Assembly: GCF_009834535.1 (NCBI RefSeq)
Contig: NC_045696.1
Span: 13,952,001 to 14,016,000 of the forward strand
Direction: 5' to 3'
Source of the DNA: Camelus ferus
Lineage: Eukaryota
Length of the DNA stretch: 64,000 nt
Part shown: positions 51,506-64,000 of the stretch, piece after piece
Layout of the letters: every line of letters starts with the position of its first letter
Numbering within the stretch: the first letter of the stretch is position 1
Made by a program: the position numbers and the translations under genes
Notes under the pieces: generated by a model
Told to the model about the DNA's origin: nothing
Database searches by the model: none
The model's input: the letters and a program-made list of their open reading frames with translations, nothing else

Positions 51506-52644
51506 GGTGTCGGGTGGTGAGCTTGGTTTGCGGCTCGATGCAAGATTCAGAGTGTGAATGTCGACATCTTTACAGGGAGGCTTATATACCCTGGTCAGAG
51601 AATGATAAATCACTCGTATACCCTCCTTTTATGTCATTTTGTATTACACATACATGGCACAACGCGTTCACTCATTATCCCCTGACATGGGGAGAGGGCC
51701 TCACACTCATTAAAACATTTGAGACCACTTTGTTGCCTAGTTAGGGTGTCCCTTACAAGTTATTGCATCACTTTATGAAATCATCATGTTGAACACTTTA
51801 AATGTACACAATTATAGTTGTCAATTATGCCTCAAGAAAGCTGGTGAAAATAGTTATTGCATCACTTTATAAGAAGGAATGCTGCATCTTCAAAGTCTAG
51901 ATGCATCAGACCCCAAATAGAATTCCTCACAGCCAGGTACACTAATCATTTTTGATATTTGTTGTGTTTTTCAGTAAAGTTTTTCTTCATCTCTGGTTGT
52001 CTTTAGATGCTTTGCTTACAAACTACATCAAATAAATTGGTCAAATTCAGAGATCTATAATCTATCATATCCTTTTAAAGCATCTTATTCCTCTGTCAAA
52101 AAAAAACCCCACAAAAATTTATTTCTTTCAGAAATAAGAAAACAGAAACATTTGAGAGCCAGGAAGAATCCACTTGACTGTTGTGAATATGAGTAAGGAA
52201 CTCTAGGGGAAAAAAATTATTTTTTCTTTAATTTTTGAACATTGACCACCATAACCTACATACTTTTTAACTTTTTATGCTACTTTGAACAGTTGAAAAA
52301 AAAAAAAAACCTTTTTGCTTGTTACAATTGATGAGCCAATACTGATATATAATTATTAACTAAAATCCATAGTTTACCCTTCATTCTTTGTGTTGTACAC
52401 ATTTAAGGGCTTTGGCCAGCATGGGGTAAAATTGCTCAGAAACTGATGGCAAATCATAGTAATCCAAAATTTAGCAGAAGTAGCTTTAAAGGCAGATAAA
52501 AAGTTATCTTTTCAGATTCTGCCCTCTTCTCTGGCATGACATATATCCCAGTTGCCTCCAAAGTGCAGGTTACATCTTCCTTGTCGTCTTTACAGTCATC
52601 ATTTCCTCCTACTTCTTCACCAATATATCTTATACAACATCCTT

Positions 52645-53455
52645 TTTTTCATTAATAAACTTTATTTGTAGAACAGATTTAAGTTTACAGAAAAATTGAG
52701 CAGGTAATACAGAGTTCTTGTCCACCTCCCCCCACCCACATAGACACACATTTCCTCTACTATTAGACATCATGAATTAGCATGATATACTAACTATAAT
52801 TAGTGAACCAATATTAACACGTTACTAATTAAAATCTATAGATTAATTAGATATCACTCTGTGTTGTACTGTTCTATGGGTTTTGACAAACACATGATGT
52901 CATTAACCTCTATTACAGTATCACACAGAATAATTTCACTGACCTAAAAATCCCCTGTACTCCATCTTTTCTTCCCTCCCTTCTTCCAAACTCCTGCAGA
53001 CAGTAATCTTACTGTCTCCATAGTTCTTTTTTTTCTTTCTATATCTTTCAGAATGTCATAGTTGGAATCATATAGTATTTAGCCTTTTCACATTGATTTC
53101 TTTCACTTTGCAATAAGTTTTTATGATTCCTCCATACCCTTTCATCACTTCATAGCTCATTTCTTGTTATGTTGATAATATTCCATTATCTGGATGTACC
53201 ACAGTCTGATTATCCATTCACCTATTGAAGGACATCTTGGCAATTATGAATAAACCTTCTATAAACATATGTGTTCAGGTTTTTGTGTGCACATAAGCTT
53301 TCAACTCATACCAGGGAGAGTGATTGCTGGATCTTTTCTAAATGACCATATTTAGCTTTTTAAAAACTGTCAGACTGTCTTCCAAAGTTGCCATACCATT
53401 TTACATTCTCATTAGCAATGAATGATAGTTTCTGTTGTTCCACAACCAAGCCAGA
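52645..53455 (-). mobile_element. L1MC-like 3' UTR fragment
   Basis: tttaagtttacagaaaaattgagcag...gaatgtcatagttggaatcatatagt...tatccattcacctattgaaggacatcttgg. Confidence 0.85.
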
Positions 53456-54344
53456 GTCTGTTCTAAATTTTAACTTTTTTAACTCTTTTAAAATATCATC
53501 CAGTCTCTGGCCTCCCATTAGCCATTAGTCTATGGTAGCTAGGTAAAATTGTGATGTATATAAAATCTCTCTTTGGCACCCATCAATTTTCACTTAATCT
53601 ATAGTTAGTGCCTCCCTCTTAATTCTTCTTGTATCTTCTTTTACAAGAATAATTTCCCCTTCGTCTTTCCTTTGCTTATTCTGTGCTTTAAAAAAAATTT
53701 TTTTTTGGTTCTCTTCTTCTCAGGAAATACCAAACTAGCCTCCACCAAGACATTCAATATTTTTAAGGTCTTAGATGTTAAAAAGATAATACAAATTCAA
53801 GGGATCTGTCAATTCAATGAGATACCATTAACACTGAAACTGTCTTCGAAATCTCCAAATTGCAGATGTGATATTAAAAGATAAAGGGTGGAAAAAGATA
53901 ACTGAGAGCAAAAGTCCCTCAGCTGATTCTAAGAAGCTAGTAATTTATGCACAAAGCTTACCCTAAACTTGGTTAACTCCTTCTATTTATGCCCTTAGAA
54001 TTAGGCTCTAGTCTTTTAAGTTCTTGTGAATTTGTATGTAATCTCAAATGTTTTGGTTCTTTTGGTCTTATATCTGATTTTCAAATGATGCATTCTCCCA
54101 ATTGGGTTAATTTCACTCTCTTAATAACTGCCATGCAATAAGAACACACAAATAAGTGATGAAAGGATGAATAAATTCTAAGATCTTTAAAAGTAAGCAT
54201 CATGTTTCTCCCAGGCATGGGTAATTTGACAGCAGCTCAACAGCAGAGATTTAAAGGAGGAGTAAATTCTAATGACTTTCTGAATTTAGAGGAACATAGA
54301 ACCATCATTTCATTTTCACTGGTTCTTTTTTGTAAGCATGGTAA

Positions 54345-54995
54345 TGAACTATATATTATATATAAATTTCAGTGTAAAATTTGATGAATTCCTGCAAATA
54401 GGCAAGACACTACCCGTATGAAGCAAGCTCTAATGCCTGGAATGTCTCCATGGCTCCTTTTTTTTGGCATTACCACTCTCTAGAGATAACCATGCTTCTA
54501 GATTTTGACAACAGCTTCAGGAGGTCTTGACAATAGTTTTCCAAAATGACTGTTAGATTTACAGTACCCACCAGCAACATAAGAGAGTTCCAGTTCCTCT
54601 GAATCACTTGTTATTTTCAGACTATTTTATTTTGATCATTCTTGTGGGAATGAGTAGTATCTGAGTATTGTTTTAATTTCATTTTTTACCTGATAAGTAA
54701 TAATATTGGGCACCATTATATATGTTTACTGATCCATTACATAACCTTTATGAAGTGGCTGTTCAAGTATTTTGTTCATTTTTACTTGAGTTTATCATAT
54801 TTTAGTATTGATTTATAGAGTACTTGGGTAAAAGTATTTTGTCAGATCTATGTTTTATAGATATTTTCTTTCTGTATGCGGCTTGTTTTTGCACTTTAAA
54901 GTGCTGTATACACATGAACAGAATTTCTTTATATAATGTGTCAAATATATTAAATTTTTAATTTTATGTTTAATGTTATTTTTGTCTTAAGAAAC
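54345..54995 (-). mobile_element. Old L1 (L1ME-like) fragments
   Basis: aatagttttccaaaatgactgt...tttacagtacccaccagcaacataagagagttccagtt; degraded. Confidence 0.6.
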
Positions 54996-57078
54996 TCTTG
55001 GCTGCCTCACATCTTATTTTTTAATTCCTTTATCTGCTCTTTTTAGAATTTGTTCCATTTTTATTGTTCATTCTAAATTAAAAGACAGTTGTTAATTTGA
55101 ATATTTCATTCTCATTAAGTCATCAGGAAGCCACAAGATCAGAAATAAATCAAACAGGTTTAACGATATCACACTCTGCCTATTTATCTCTGCCATCTCT
55201 TCCCCCTGATGATCTTGTGATGCATTTTTCTCTGGACCATTAACACCTTTTCCCTGGAAGAAAATTTTGGAGCTCTTCTCTTAATTCCAACACAAATCAA
55301 TATAATTTACAAATAAGTTATAATAATATGATAAATCTGCATTATACTAAGAGTGTTAAATAGTGTCTCCAAATAGTTATATTGATCATTGTTTTTCTTT
55401 CTTCAGACTGTAATGCTATTAACCAGTTAGGGAATAAAATATTTTCATATAAAATTATTTTACCCAGTCAAACTGAAGAGTATAGACCTCCAATGGAGAT
55501 GTGGAAACATATCTACCTTAATTAATGTGAAGCTACACCACCTCTTCTGAATTGACTGAAAGGATACGATCTGGCTGAGTAACTCCATCCATATGTTAGT
55601 AAACACATCTAAGATTTTCAAATGCATTGTAATAAATATTTCAAGTAGAGTTTGGGTTTAGTACAATTTGCTATTTATTTTTTACACAGGCATTCAATTA
55701 GAAATTGACAGTTCAAGTTTTTAGGTCAGAACATTTATAAATTAACATAAATAGAGGTGGGTCCATCAGCTGTGATAATTTAACTCTTCAAAGGCACATG
55801 ACCAGCACTTCCAAGATGTTTTATTTGACAGCCCTCAAGGAGGGAAGTACCCAACGAGTGGTATAGTTAGCATGGTGAAGTAGATTGTCTGGTATTCAGT
55901 AAAACTCGTTCTTGTCTTAGGTTGTACTGCTCATGTCATTTTTGATCTTAGTACATTTCACTTTTTGGAGATACTGTCCCATCCAAAGACACTGGTTTAG
56001 TAAGCTTTACAGCACCACAGCCGGCTTCACAATTCTATCATTACATTATTTCCTTGGTTTTATTAAATTTGTTGACTCAAACAAAAGACACTCACTTCTA
56101 TTTCACTATCTAAATATATAACTTTTTTGGAAAAAATGATGTTTTATTATGTATTTTTCATAAGCAAATACTTATTGGAAGTACCAACAAGAAACGGCCC
56201 GCTTTTTGAAGGTCAGCACTACAAAATACTTGTTGGGATGTATAAAGCATTGGCCATAGCCTCAGCAAAGGTTACTTCACAAATAATGACAGTGATTTTT
56301 AAAATTCTCCAGTGAATTACAAAATATTTCAATGTGCTGATAATATTGAAGAGCAATATCAAGTCACACCATGGCAGGCCAGAGGAAGACATGATAGAGC
56401 GTCACAAAAAGCAGTTCACTTTTAATTGTATATTCAGAGATTTATTTTATTCTATCATCACATTTTCTTACCACTGAAAGGGTTAAAGAAAATCAATTTT
56501 TTAAACAAAACAGAAAAGTATGTATTCTTCATGTTAGCTTCACTGTAGCTATGAAGATATATAAAGTTAATATTTCAGCCCTAGTTGTAAATACCAGTGT
56601 TATCTAACTAAAAGCACTAAATAAGATCTGATTTGAGGTTCAGAGAAAAAATTCTTTATTTCAACTGAGTGTCACGGTTTATGTGTATCCATCTAGCCAT
56701 ATGAGTGAGTGTAAGATCTCCTATTACTTTAGCTCTTTCTGGAGTATTTTAGTTTTTTCTTTGTCAGCTAGGTGCAATTACAAATAATCATGTTGATATT
56801 TTGAATTAAATTAAAAAAATAAAAGCCATGTATGCTGTTTCATCTTAGGGAAGTTTATTGCTAAAGAATAGGGAAATGCCACAGTTATGAAAGCACAAAT
56901 AAGAGACAACAAGAGACATGAAGCAGAGAATTATGAAATGATAAATACTCCTAAAATCTTAGACATGAAATACTTTTGACCTTGGCTTGGTCCTTGGTGA
57001 TCTTGCTTGGTTTAGTTATTGGAGTGAGACTTGGCCATCCTTTCATGGCCTCAGATGTTGGGCTCCTGGGGTAGGATT

Positions 57079-57300
57079 TCAGTAGAAGCTGGAAAATCCA
57101 TATCTTCTACAGAAGGATGGACATAGACAGCAGCCGTATCCAACGCTTCCACAACCAGAGCCATATCCGTAGCCTCTGAAGCCAAAGCCATGGCCCAGTC
57201 TATGGAAGCTGCCACATCCAATGCCATGTCCAAAGCCCAGACCACCGAAGCCCCCGTAGCCGAAGCCCAGGCCTCCGTAGTAGCTGCTGTGATGGCTCAT
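57079..57300 (-). CDS. KRTAP19-like high-glycine/aromatic keratin-associated protein, 73 aa
   Basis: [34 protein letters not shown]...[23 protein letters not shown] at 57300, TATA at 57374-57380, AATAAA at 56854-56859 (minus). Confidence 0.9.
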   Translation of the reverse strand: MSHHSSYYGGLGFGYGGFGGLGFGHGIGCGSFHRLGHGFGFRGYGYGSGCGSVGYGCCLCPSFCRRYGFSSFY

Positions 57301-60300
57301 GTTGTCGGGGGGTGAGCTTGGTTTGCCGTTCAAGACAAGATCCTGAGTGTGAATGTTAGCGTGTATAGGAGGCTTATATACTCTGAGCAGAACATGTGAT
57401 AAATCATGCGTATTGCCTTCCAATGTGTCATTCTGAATATTATGTGTAAGGTTACAATTTATGAATCTGCTGTCTCCTGACACACAGAGAGGCCCTCATT
57501 CTCATTAGAATATTTCAGCTTACTTAGCTTCCTATTTAGACTGTCCTTGAACCTGTTGCTTTGATTTTGTGAGAAGAAATGAAATATCTGACTCTTCAAA
57601 ATTGGTACATTCCAAACTCTAAATTAAATTGCTTATTATCAGGTATGTTACATCACTTGCATTTGATTGAATTCCTTTCATAATGAAAACTTTCTTCTGT
57701 TTTGTCATCTCCTGAGTGAATAACTCCATCTCCGACTAAATTCACAGATATTTGTTCAATTTACAGATGTTAAATCTATATTTTTTTAAAAAAGAAAACT
57801 TACTTATCTAGGTGAGGACTGAAGAAAGTGCCTCTATTGAGAATATATAAAATATTTTAAATTTTTTAAAAAGAAGGCTTATGTTGATTTTTAGCATTTA
57901 AATTATAATAACCTTTGTAATTTTTAGCTTTACACACCAGCTTCAGAACCTTTTGATTGCAAAACATGGAACAATTAATTTCAGAAATTGAGGGCACAAA
58001 ATCCATCTCAAAAGCAGGCTTATCAGAGTAGCAGTTCAATTTTCATTTCAAATCCTAAAACCTTCCTCCATAATTGCTTCTATTCAAAGTCCTACTAAAA
58101 CTGCAGATTGCATCTGCCTCTGTGTTTTTGCACTGGCCAGCCAATTTCTCCCTTTCTTTACCCTCCTGTGGTTACCCATGTATCCGTATATGATCTCTAT
58201 TTTCATTCTCACTTTAGCATCCCTCCCTCTTAATACCTACTAGGAACAACCAGGTAAAATTCTGAAGTTGACAATATATCCCTCCACCCGAGTCTTCCAA
58301 TTACTACTCCAATAAATGTCTTGCTTTCTACCTCGTCTTCACATCTACCATAATATCTTTTCCTGGGTTTATATAAGTGTGTCCTGAACCCATTTATCTT
58401 CAGGCAATTTCTAACTACTCCCTACTAATCTGTTAATTGTTTATTAAGGTCTTTTTTTTTTAAATATACAACTCATAGGGCTTTCTGAATGTTAAAAGAG
58501 TATCTTAAAATTGAAAATATCTTCAAAGTTTTGAAAATGAAGACATGATATTGAAATGACACGGAACCAAGAAATACATGTGAGGACATTAGGCTTGGAC
58601 TTGATGGAGTCTCTCAGCTAACTTCACTGAGTTAGTCAACAAGATTCTACACTTGATTAACCTCCATGTCACACCATCTCTTGACTTGGGCCACTAAAAA
58701 CTTCTTTAATTTCCATGATCTTGATCATGTGGTTGAGCTTTTATATGATTTCCGAGTCTTTTATCAAAGATGACTTTCTTCAAATGGACGTTTCATTCTG
58801 AACAGCAGAGTGGGGAAATAAAACCTGTTTATAGAACTAATAAAAGTATAAATAAATTACAGTAACTGTCATGGCTACCAGGGTCTGTGCGACTTTCTGA
58901 CTGTACCTTAGCAAGCTACCTTTTTAAGGTCACAATATGGTTAAGTATGCCTTTATCCAACATATGCCATGTCTCTTGTATCCAAGTACTGTATCACTAT
59001 TTCTCGTTCTGAACTAGAAACAGTTGATAAGATTAATTTTCATTTTCAAGAGTCCTTTTGAAAACATAGCATGACAGATAATCTGACTGGATTAAGGATA
59101 TCACATTTTGCCCATATAACTCAGCCATATCATGTAAGAGTGGCTAATTTTTTTTGTTTGCAATGGAGAAGGTTGGTTACCCCTGAGATGGAACATTAAA
59201 CAAAACATTAAGTGGGAAACCTGAACAGTCAAATAAAAGCCAAAATAGTTTCAAGAATAAAATGTGAGAGTTTTGCACAAAACCAATTAGTGATCATTGA
59301 CAGTAAAATATCAACACTAAAATATTATAGAATATATAGAACAAGTGTTTGTCTTGTTTTTTTCTAAGTGAAAAAATATTCAAAATGAAAGTATCCACTG
59401 GAAAATGAGAAATATATATTTCTTTAGGAAAGTATTGGTTTTATCCTTAGCTATTAGACCCTAAAAAGATTGAATGATGATTTTTTTTATTTCACTTTCA
59501 AGAAGTTTCCTTTGAAATATATATTAGATAATTCTATGCTAATGGATAGAAAAGAAGAAAATATGTTTTCACTTGGGGTAATATTTTTTTTTACCCATAT
59601 ATAAAGGAAACTTGTTACATATTCCAAAGTTTTACCTGAAAGTCAAACACAAGTCAGTAAAATATGAAACTGTAGGCTACAAAAATATATTATATTATGT
59701 GTGTGGAATGCCACACACACATTTTTCTCATTCTAATTTATTTTTATATTTTTTTATTTGCAACTCTGCAACACTTTCCTCAGGCTGTGAAGATATTTAC
59801 CTGTGCAAGAAGAGAAAATTTTCAAATGAAATTTAGTTTTGGGGTTAAAGTCCCTTTATTGGAATGACTAAACTTCATCTACCATAACCTCTCTATGGAA
59901 GCACAACATCTGATAGGACAAGTGCCCAGAGCTGACCTTTATTTTTTTTCATCTTCATGTAGTTTAAACAAATCAAAATCTTCCTAATAAAAATCCATGA
60001 TCTTGAGAATTGAGCCTTAACATTACTCATTCTTCATTTGCCTCGAAGTACAACTAAATTAGAAATTGAGAAGTAGGAGATTATATACAATAAAATAAAA
60101 TTGTAACAATAAAAGTGTGAAAGAAAACACAGTAAGAGGTAGTTAATCTAACAGAGGGAACTAATCCTCATAAACTTAGCTATAAAATTGTAGCTGTTCA
60201 TAAATATGACAAGAACTTTCCAGATGGTATTCAAATTTTCCAATAGACAGTGATAAAGGATCAGCATGGTGGAGTAGAACACCAGGATTCAGGTGATTCT

Positions 60301-61598
60301 GAACTCGGTTCTGACACCTGTTTGTGACTCTAAGCGTCGTTTAACAGTTTGCAGTTTCCTTACCAGTTCTATAGGGGGCAGCACTACACAGTCTTTAACG
60401 CTAGGTCCCGCTTTCACTTCTGTTATTGTCCTTGTATTACCAGATTTCAACAACTCAAACAACAGCAAAAACTTCACTTCATACCAAAACCTGAATATGC
60501 CATTCAAATTTGAAAAGGCAATAAATTTATATTGTGTCGTTTATATATCCAACTAAGTAAACAATAAGAAAATGCTTGATTTTGATGTGTGTTAATTAGT
60601 TGAAATTCCACTTTAAAAAAAAATCTTTTGAATGAACGGTGATTCTCACCAGGTAAATCTCAGTGTGATCCATTTATTGGTTATAATTAGGTGTTAACAT
60701 TCCATTTACATTAATGTCATGATGATGATGATAAAAAGCAGTATCATTGCATATGGAAGAATGGTAACAGTAAAAAACTAAATCCATTTATGTTTTTTAA
60801 TACTACATATGTTTTAATTAAATAACTTGCAGTACTTTTAGTAAGATTATAAAATAACTGTTTTCATGAAAATACTAATTGAAATGATAAACAATAGAAA
60901 AAGAGAGACAATAGATATATAATCAAGAAGTTCATTTAAAAAATATTTTTCTTTCCTAGAAGTTTGAAGTCTACCACTGTTCTTTTCTCAGCATAAAAGG
61001 GCTGAATAAGGACAAATTTTGAAAGAAGGGATAGCTATATATTTTGGACTGCATTGACAAATAAAATTGTGTAAAATATAAAACATACAAATCCTTTTTT
61101 TTTTTTGTTACCATAGACAGACATATAGTTCAAAGTTGCTAGAGTTAAATTTTTTATTGTTGTTGAAGTAAACACTAAGTCTTTTCTAATTACAATCAAG
61201 GAAATGATAAGTCAACAATTATATTTGAGGAATTATTGTACATTTCAGTCTAAATTTATTGTTCTTTTTATATATGTCATGAAATATTTAATAAACAAAA
61301 AAGTATATTAAAATCTCCATTCAAAGTTGAGTAGTATTTATACTTAGTTACTGTATGTAATTGAGAAGAAATGAATCAAACAAAAGCTATATGTACTGTT
61401 TCAAATCAAGAGACTTTATTAAGGAAATTGAGGCAATAGAATGAATACGGAATTGTGTAATTGTAAATGTACTGAAAGTCTTAGACACTAATCATTTTGA
61501 ACAAATGGACCCAGTGTAATCATGGGTGGCCCAGTGGTCGAAATCATATTTAGCAAGTCTACTCATGGCCCTACATATCAGATTCATAAAGAAGAATT

Positions 61599-61758
61599 TT
61601 AATAGACTCTAGAGAATCCATTCCTCCATAGCCCAGGGGGTGCAACAGCTGTGTCTGTAGTTTCCATACCCAGAGCCGAAGCCCAGTCTGCGGTCACTGC
61701 CACGTCCACAGCCATGGCCTCCGTAGTAGCTGCCGTAGTAGCTGCCGTAGTAGCTCAT
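61599..61758 (-). pseudogene. Frameshifted KRTAP19-like gene (residual ORF 61758..61609, 49 aa)
   Basis: Manual translation gives MSYYGSYYGSYYGGHGCGRGSDRRLGFGSGYGNYRHSCCTPWAMEEWIL*. The canonical tail (PLGYGG / GFSRVY*) lies in two shifted frames. TATAAAAA at 61835-61842, AATAAA at 61415-61420. Confidence 0.85.
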
Positions 61759-63654
61759 GGTGCCAGGCGCTGAAATCTTGGTTCACTATTGAAGGTGTGT
61801 TTCCTGAGTATGTATCTCAATACCTATGCAGAAGTTTTTATAACCTAAGTTATAGGTGTGGTAAGTCATTGAGACCTACCTCATTTTCATTCCTCAGAAG
61901 AAATGTTATGAAGCAAACGTTATTGGCTATTTGTTTAGTTTAACATGCGTGGAATAATCTTCCATCATAGTAAAACTTTTAAATTAACTTTTTAGCTCAA
62001 TTAGGATTCCTCTGATTAATTGTGTCTATAATAAGAGATATTATGTGAAACCTTAAAGGCTATTCTGACATAAGGACTGGCATAAACTCCACAGCATTTA
62101 GGGTTCTGAGAGTCTCTACAGTCCAGTCAAGTGACTGGCAGCACCATGAAGATGATACTCCATTGCTCTGAATGCTGTTTTATTTTTCTCTGTATCAAAA
62201 ATTATTTCCATATTTCCTATTTATTCTATTTTCGTATTATTTGTAGTAACCAGAGGACTAAATTTACACTTAAATTCGTATCTCATTCGAAATTACAATC
62301 ACTTGGATGTCAAATATCTAAAATATTAAAATACAGACAAGTTTTACTTGACTTTGTGCAGTTTGAGGCCAACCATGGAAGCAGTCTTGTTTAAAGTGTC
62401 CAGCGTAGACTTACTTCTTATTATTTAACAGACAATGTTTAAAATCTTGATACCTCCTTAAAGAAGGCATTTCCAAACCTGAGAAGAGATAGAAAGGAGA
62501 GAGAGAACAAAGCCAATAAATGTTCCTTGTCCCCTGTATTTAAGCATAGTCAAAACTGATGGTGCCCAGTTAAATAAATGTTGACACTCTTTTCCAATGA
62601 TGTTATCAAAAAGTTCAAGAAGCCTTCTGGCAATTTAGGACCCCTTTCTGGAATCCAGAATTAGTATACCATGCTGAAAAGAAATAAAGGCTCTATTGAT
62701 CTTCTTGTGCAGAAATTGGGGAGAGAAACAAAATTCTAGACAATCTGAGTCACAATAATTTCTCTCAGAGATTAATTATGGATGTCTTTAATATTATGGA
62801 TTTTTAAAAAATGTGGACATATCTTAAAAATTCATCACCACCAGAGGATGAACATATTAAAGAAATATTTGTTAAGTGTTTACACATAATGTTAATGGGA
62901 TGTTTGATATTCCACTGCCTAATGGCCATGTGTTTCATTTTTGAGACCTTGTACTTAACAGCTAGGAACATACCTGAAGTTTTTTTCAGGTGAAATTACT
63001 ATGTATTTTCAAGATAATTATGGTGAATTAAAAGGTCACAAAACATTTCATGCCATTGCTTTATTATGCAATCTCAATTTTGAATTTTTTTGAGCTTTAT
63101 CAATATTATGATTATATGTATATCAACCAATCGATCAAAACATTAATGTTAGTACTGGTTCCATCCCAGGCAGGACTAATGCAATAGAAAGCAAACTAAT
63201 CTGATTTTCCAAAGGCTTTCCCAGCACTAAATAAACTAGAAATCAAGTGCTCTGTGCTGATTTCTGTACTGAAATATACTCATACTTCATGGAAGAAGTC
63301 AAATTCTTCAAAATAAAATGTTTATTAAAACTGACACAGTTTTATGTAGTTTTATATAGTTATGGTTTTATTTTGTATTTTTCTGATGACTCTGATAACT
63401 AATGATGTCAAACACTTTATTTACTTATTGGACATTTTTATGTCTTTGTTTCATTATGCCCATGTTTTGAGTGATGTTTTATCTCTGGACATTCTAGTTG
63501 TAGGAGATCTTTATTTGTGATGAATATATCTCTCTCTTTCTCTTCTCTAAATCCAGTTTATATCTTTATCTATCTGCATCTTCTATATCTATACTTTATT
63601 TTTTCTAATCGGTGGCTTGTTGTTGATAAAGGCCATCTCACAATTTTTGTTTTA

Positions 63655-63720
63655 CTATTATACTGTACACCAGAAATTGACACATTGTAAACTGACTATA
63701 CACTATACGTCAAAAAAAAA
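63655..63720 (+). mobile_element. Very short L1 3' end
   Basis: tgtacaccagaaattgacacattgtaaactgactatac + A tract; matches the 3' end at 16990-17030. Confidence 0.65.
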
Positions 63721-64000
63721 CCCCACAAAATAAAGGAAACATTAAGATACATGACTAGAGTTAAGACCATGTTGTAATTAATGTCATCTTAAAAACATTT
63801 ATTGAAAAATGATGATAGAGATCTCTTCAGTTTAAAATACACTAAATAAATTTCAGATGAAAAAATATTATCCTGAGAGGGAAAGGAGAAATAACTATTG
63901 TGTTAAAGTAACCAATATTTATCAAATAAGTCCAAATTGCTATTGAACAGCTGTCCATATACAGACAGCTCTTAAATCTTATGCCATCAAGTTTTTAAGC

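Noticed and set aside
51506..51613. N-terminal extensions of the KRTAP19-like ORFs in the track (also 57301..57483)
   Set aside because: They run through the TATA box. The family-typical start is the downstream ATG in good Kozak context.
1..64000. CRISPR arrays, tRNA/rRNA genes or prokaryote-type systems
   Set aside because: No regularly spaced repeats, RNA-gene signatures or long non-repeat ORFs; the window is typical CpG-poor mammalian DNA.

Overview
Mammalian genomic DNA from the keratin-associated protein (KRTAP) cluster, spanning the KRTAP13/14/15 to KRTAP19 segment. The young L1 3' ends resemble camelid/cetartiodactyl L1, but that is recalled from memory and unverified. The window has seven single-exon KRTAP loci, each with a TATA box and a candidate polyA signal: (1) a head-to-head KRTAP13-3-like(-)/KRTAP13-4-like(+) pair sharing a 408-bp identical inverted tract; (2) a head-to-head KRTAP14-like(-)/KRTAP15-like(+) pair, where KRTAP15 has an internal deletion and a premature stop; (3) after a ~33 kb gap with no recognisable genes, three minus-strand KRTAP19-like loci. 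Two of these are intact and unusually Phe/His-rich; the third is frameshifted and is missing from the ORF track. The rest is interspersed repeats (L1, ERV/MaLR LTRs, MER20, MER53, MIR, L2) and microsatellites. Several retrotransposition structures are readable directly: a twin-primed L1 with a short 3' transduction, tandem L1 3' ends in one target site, a nested L1 with TSD, and a fold-back inverted duplication. I found no convincing wholly new biological system. The best leads are gene conversion among KRTAPs, KRTAP decay or compositional shift, and candidate hair-follicle regulatory motifs. Repeat family names and paralogue numbers are from recall, not database searches.
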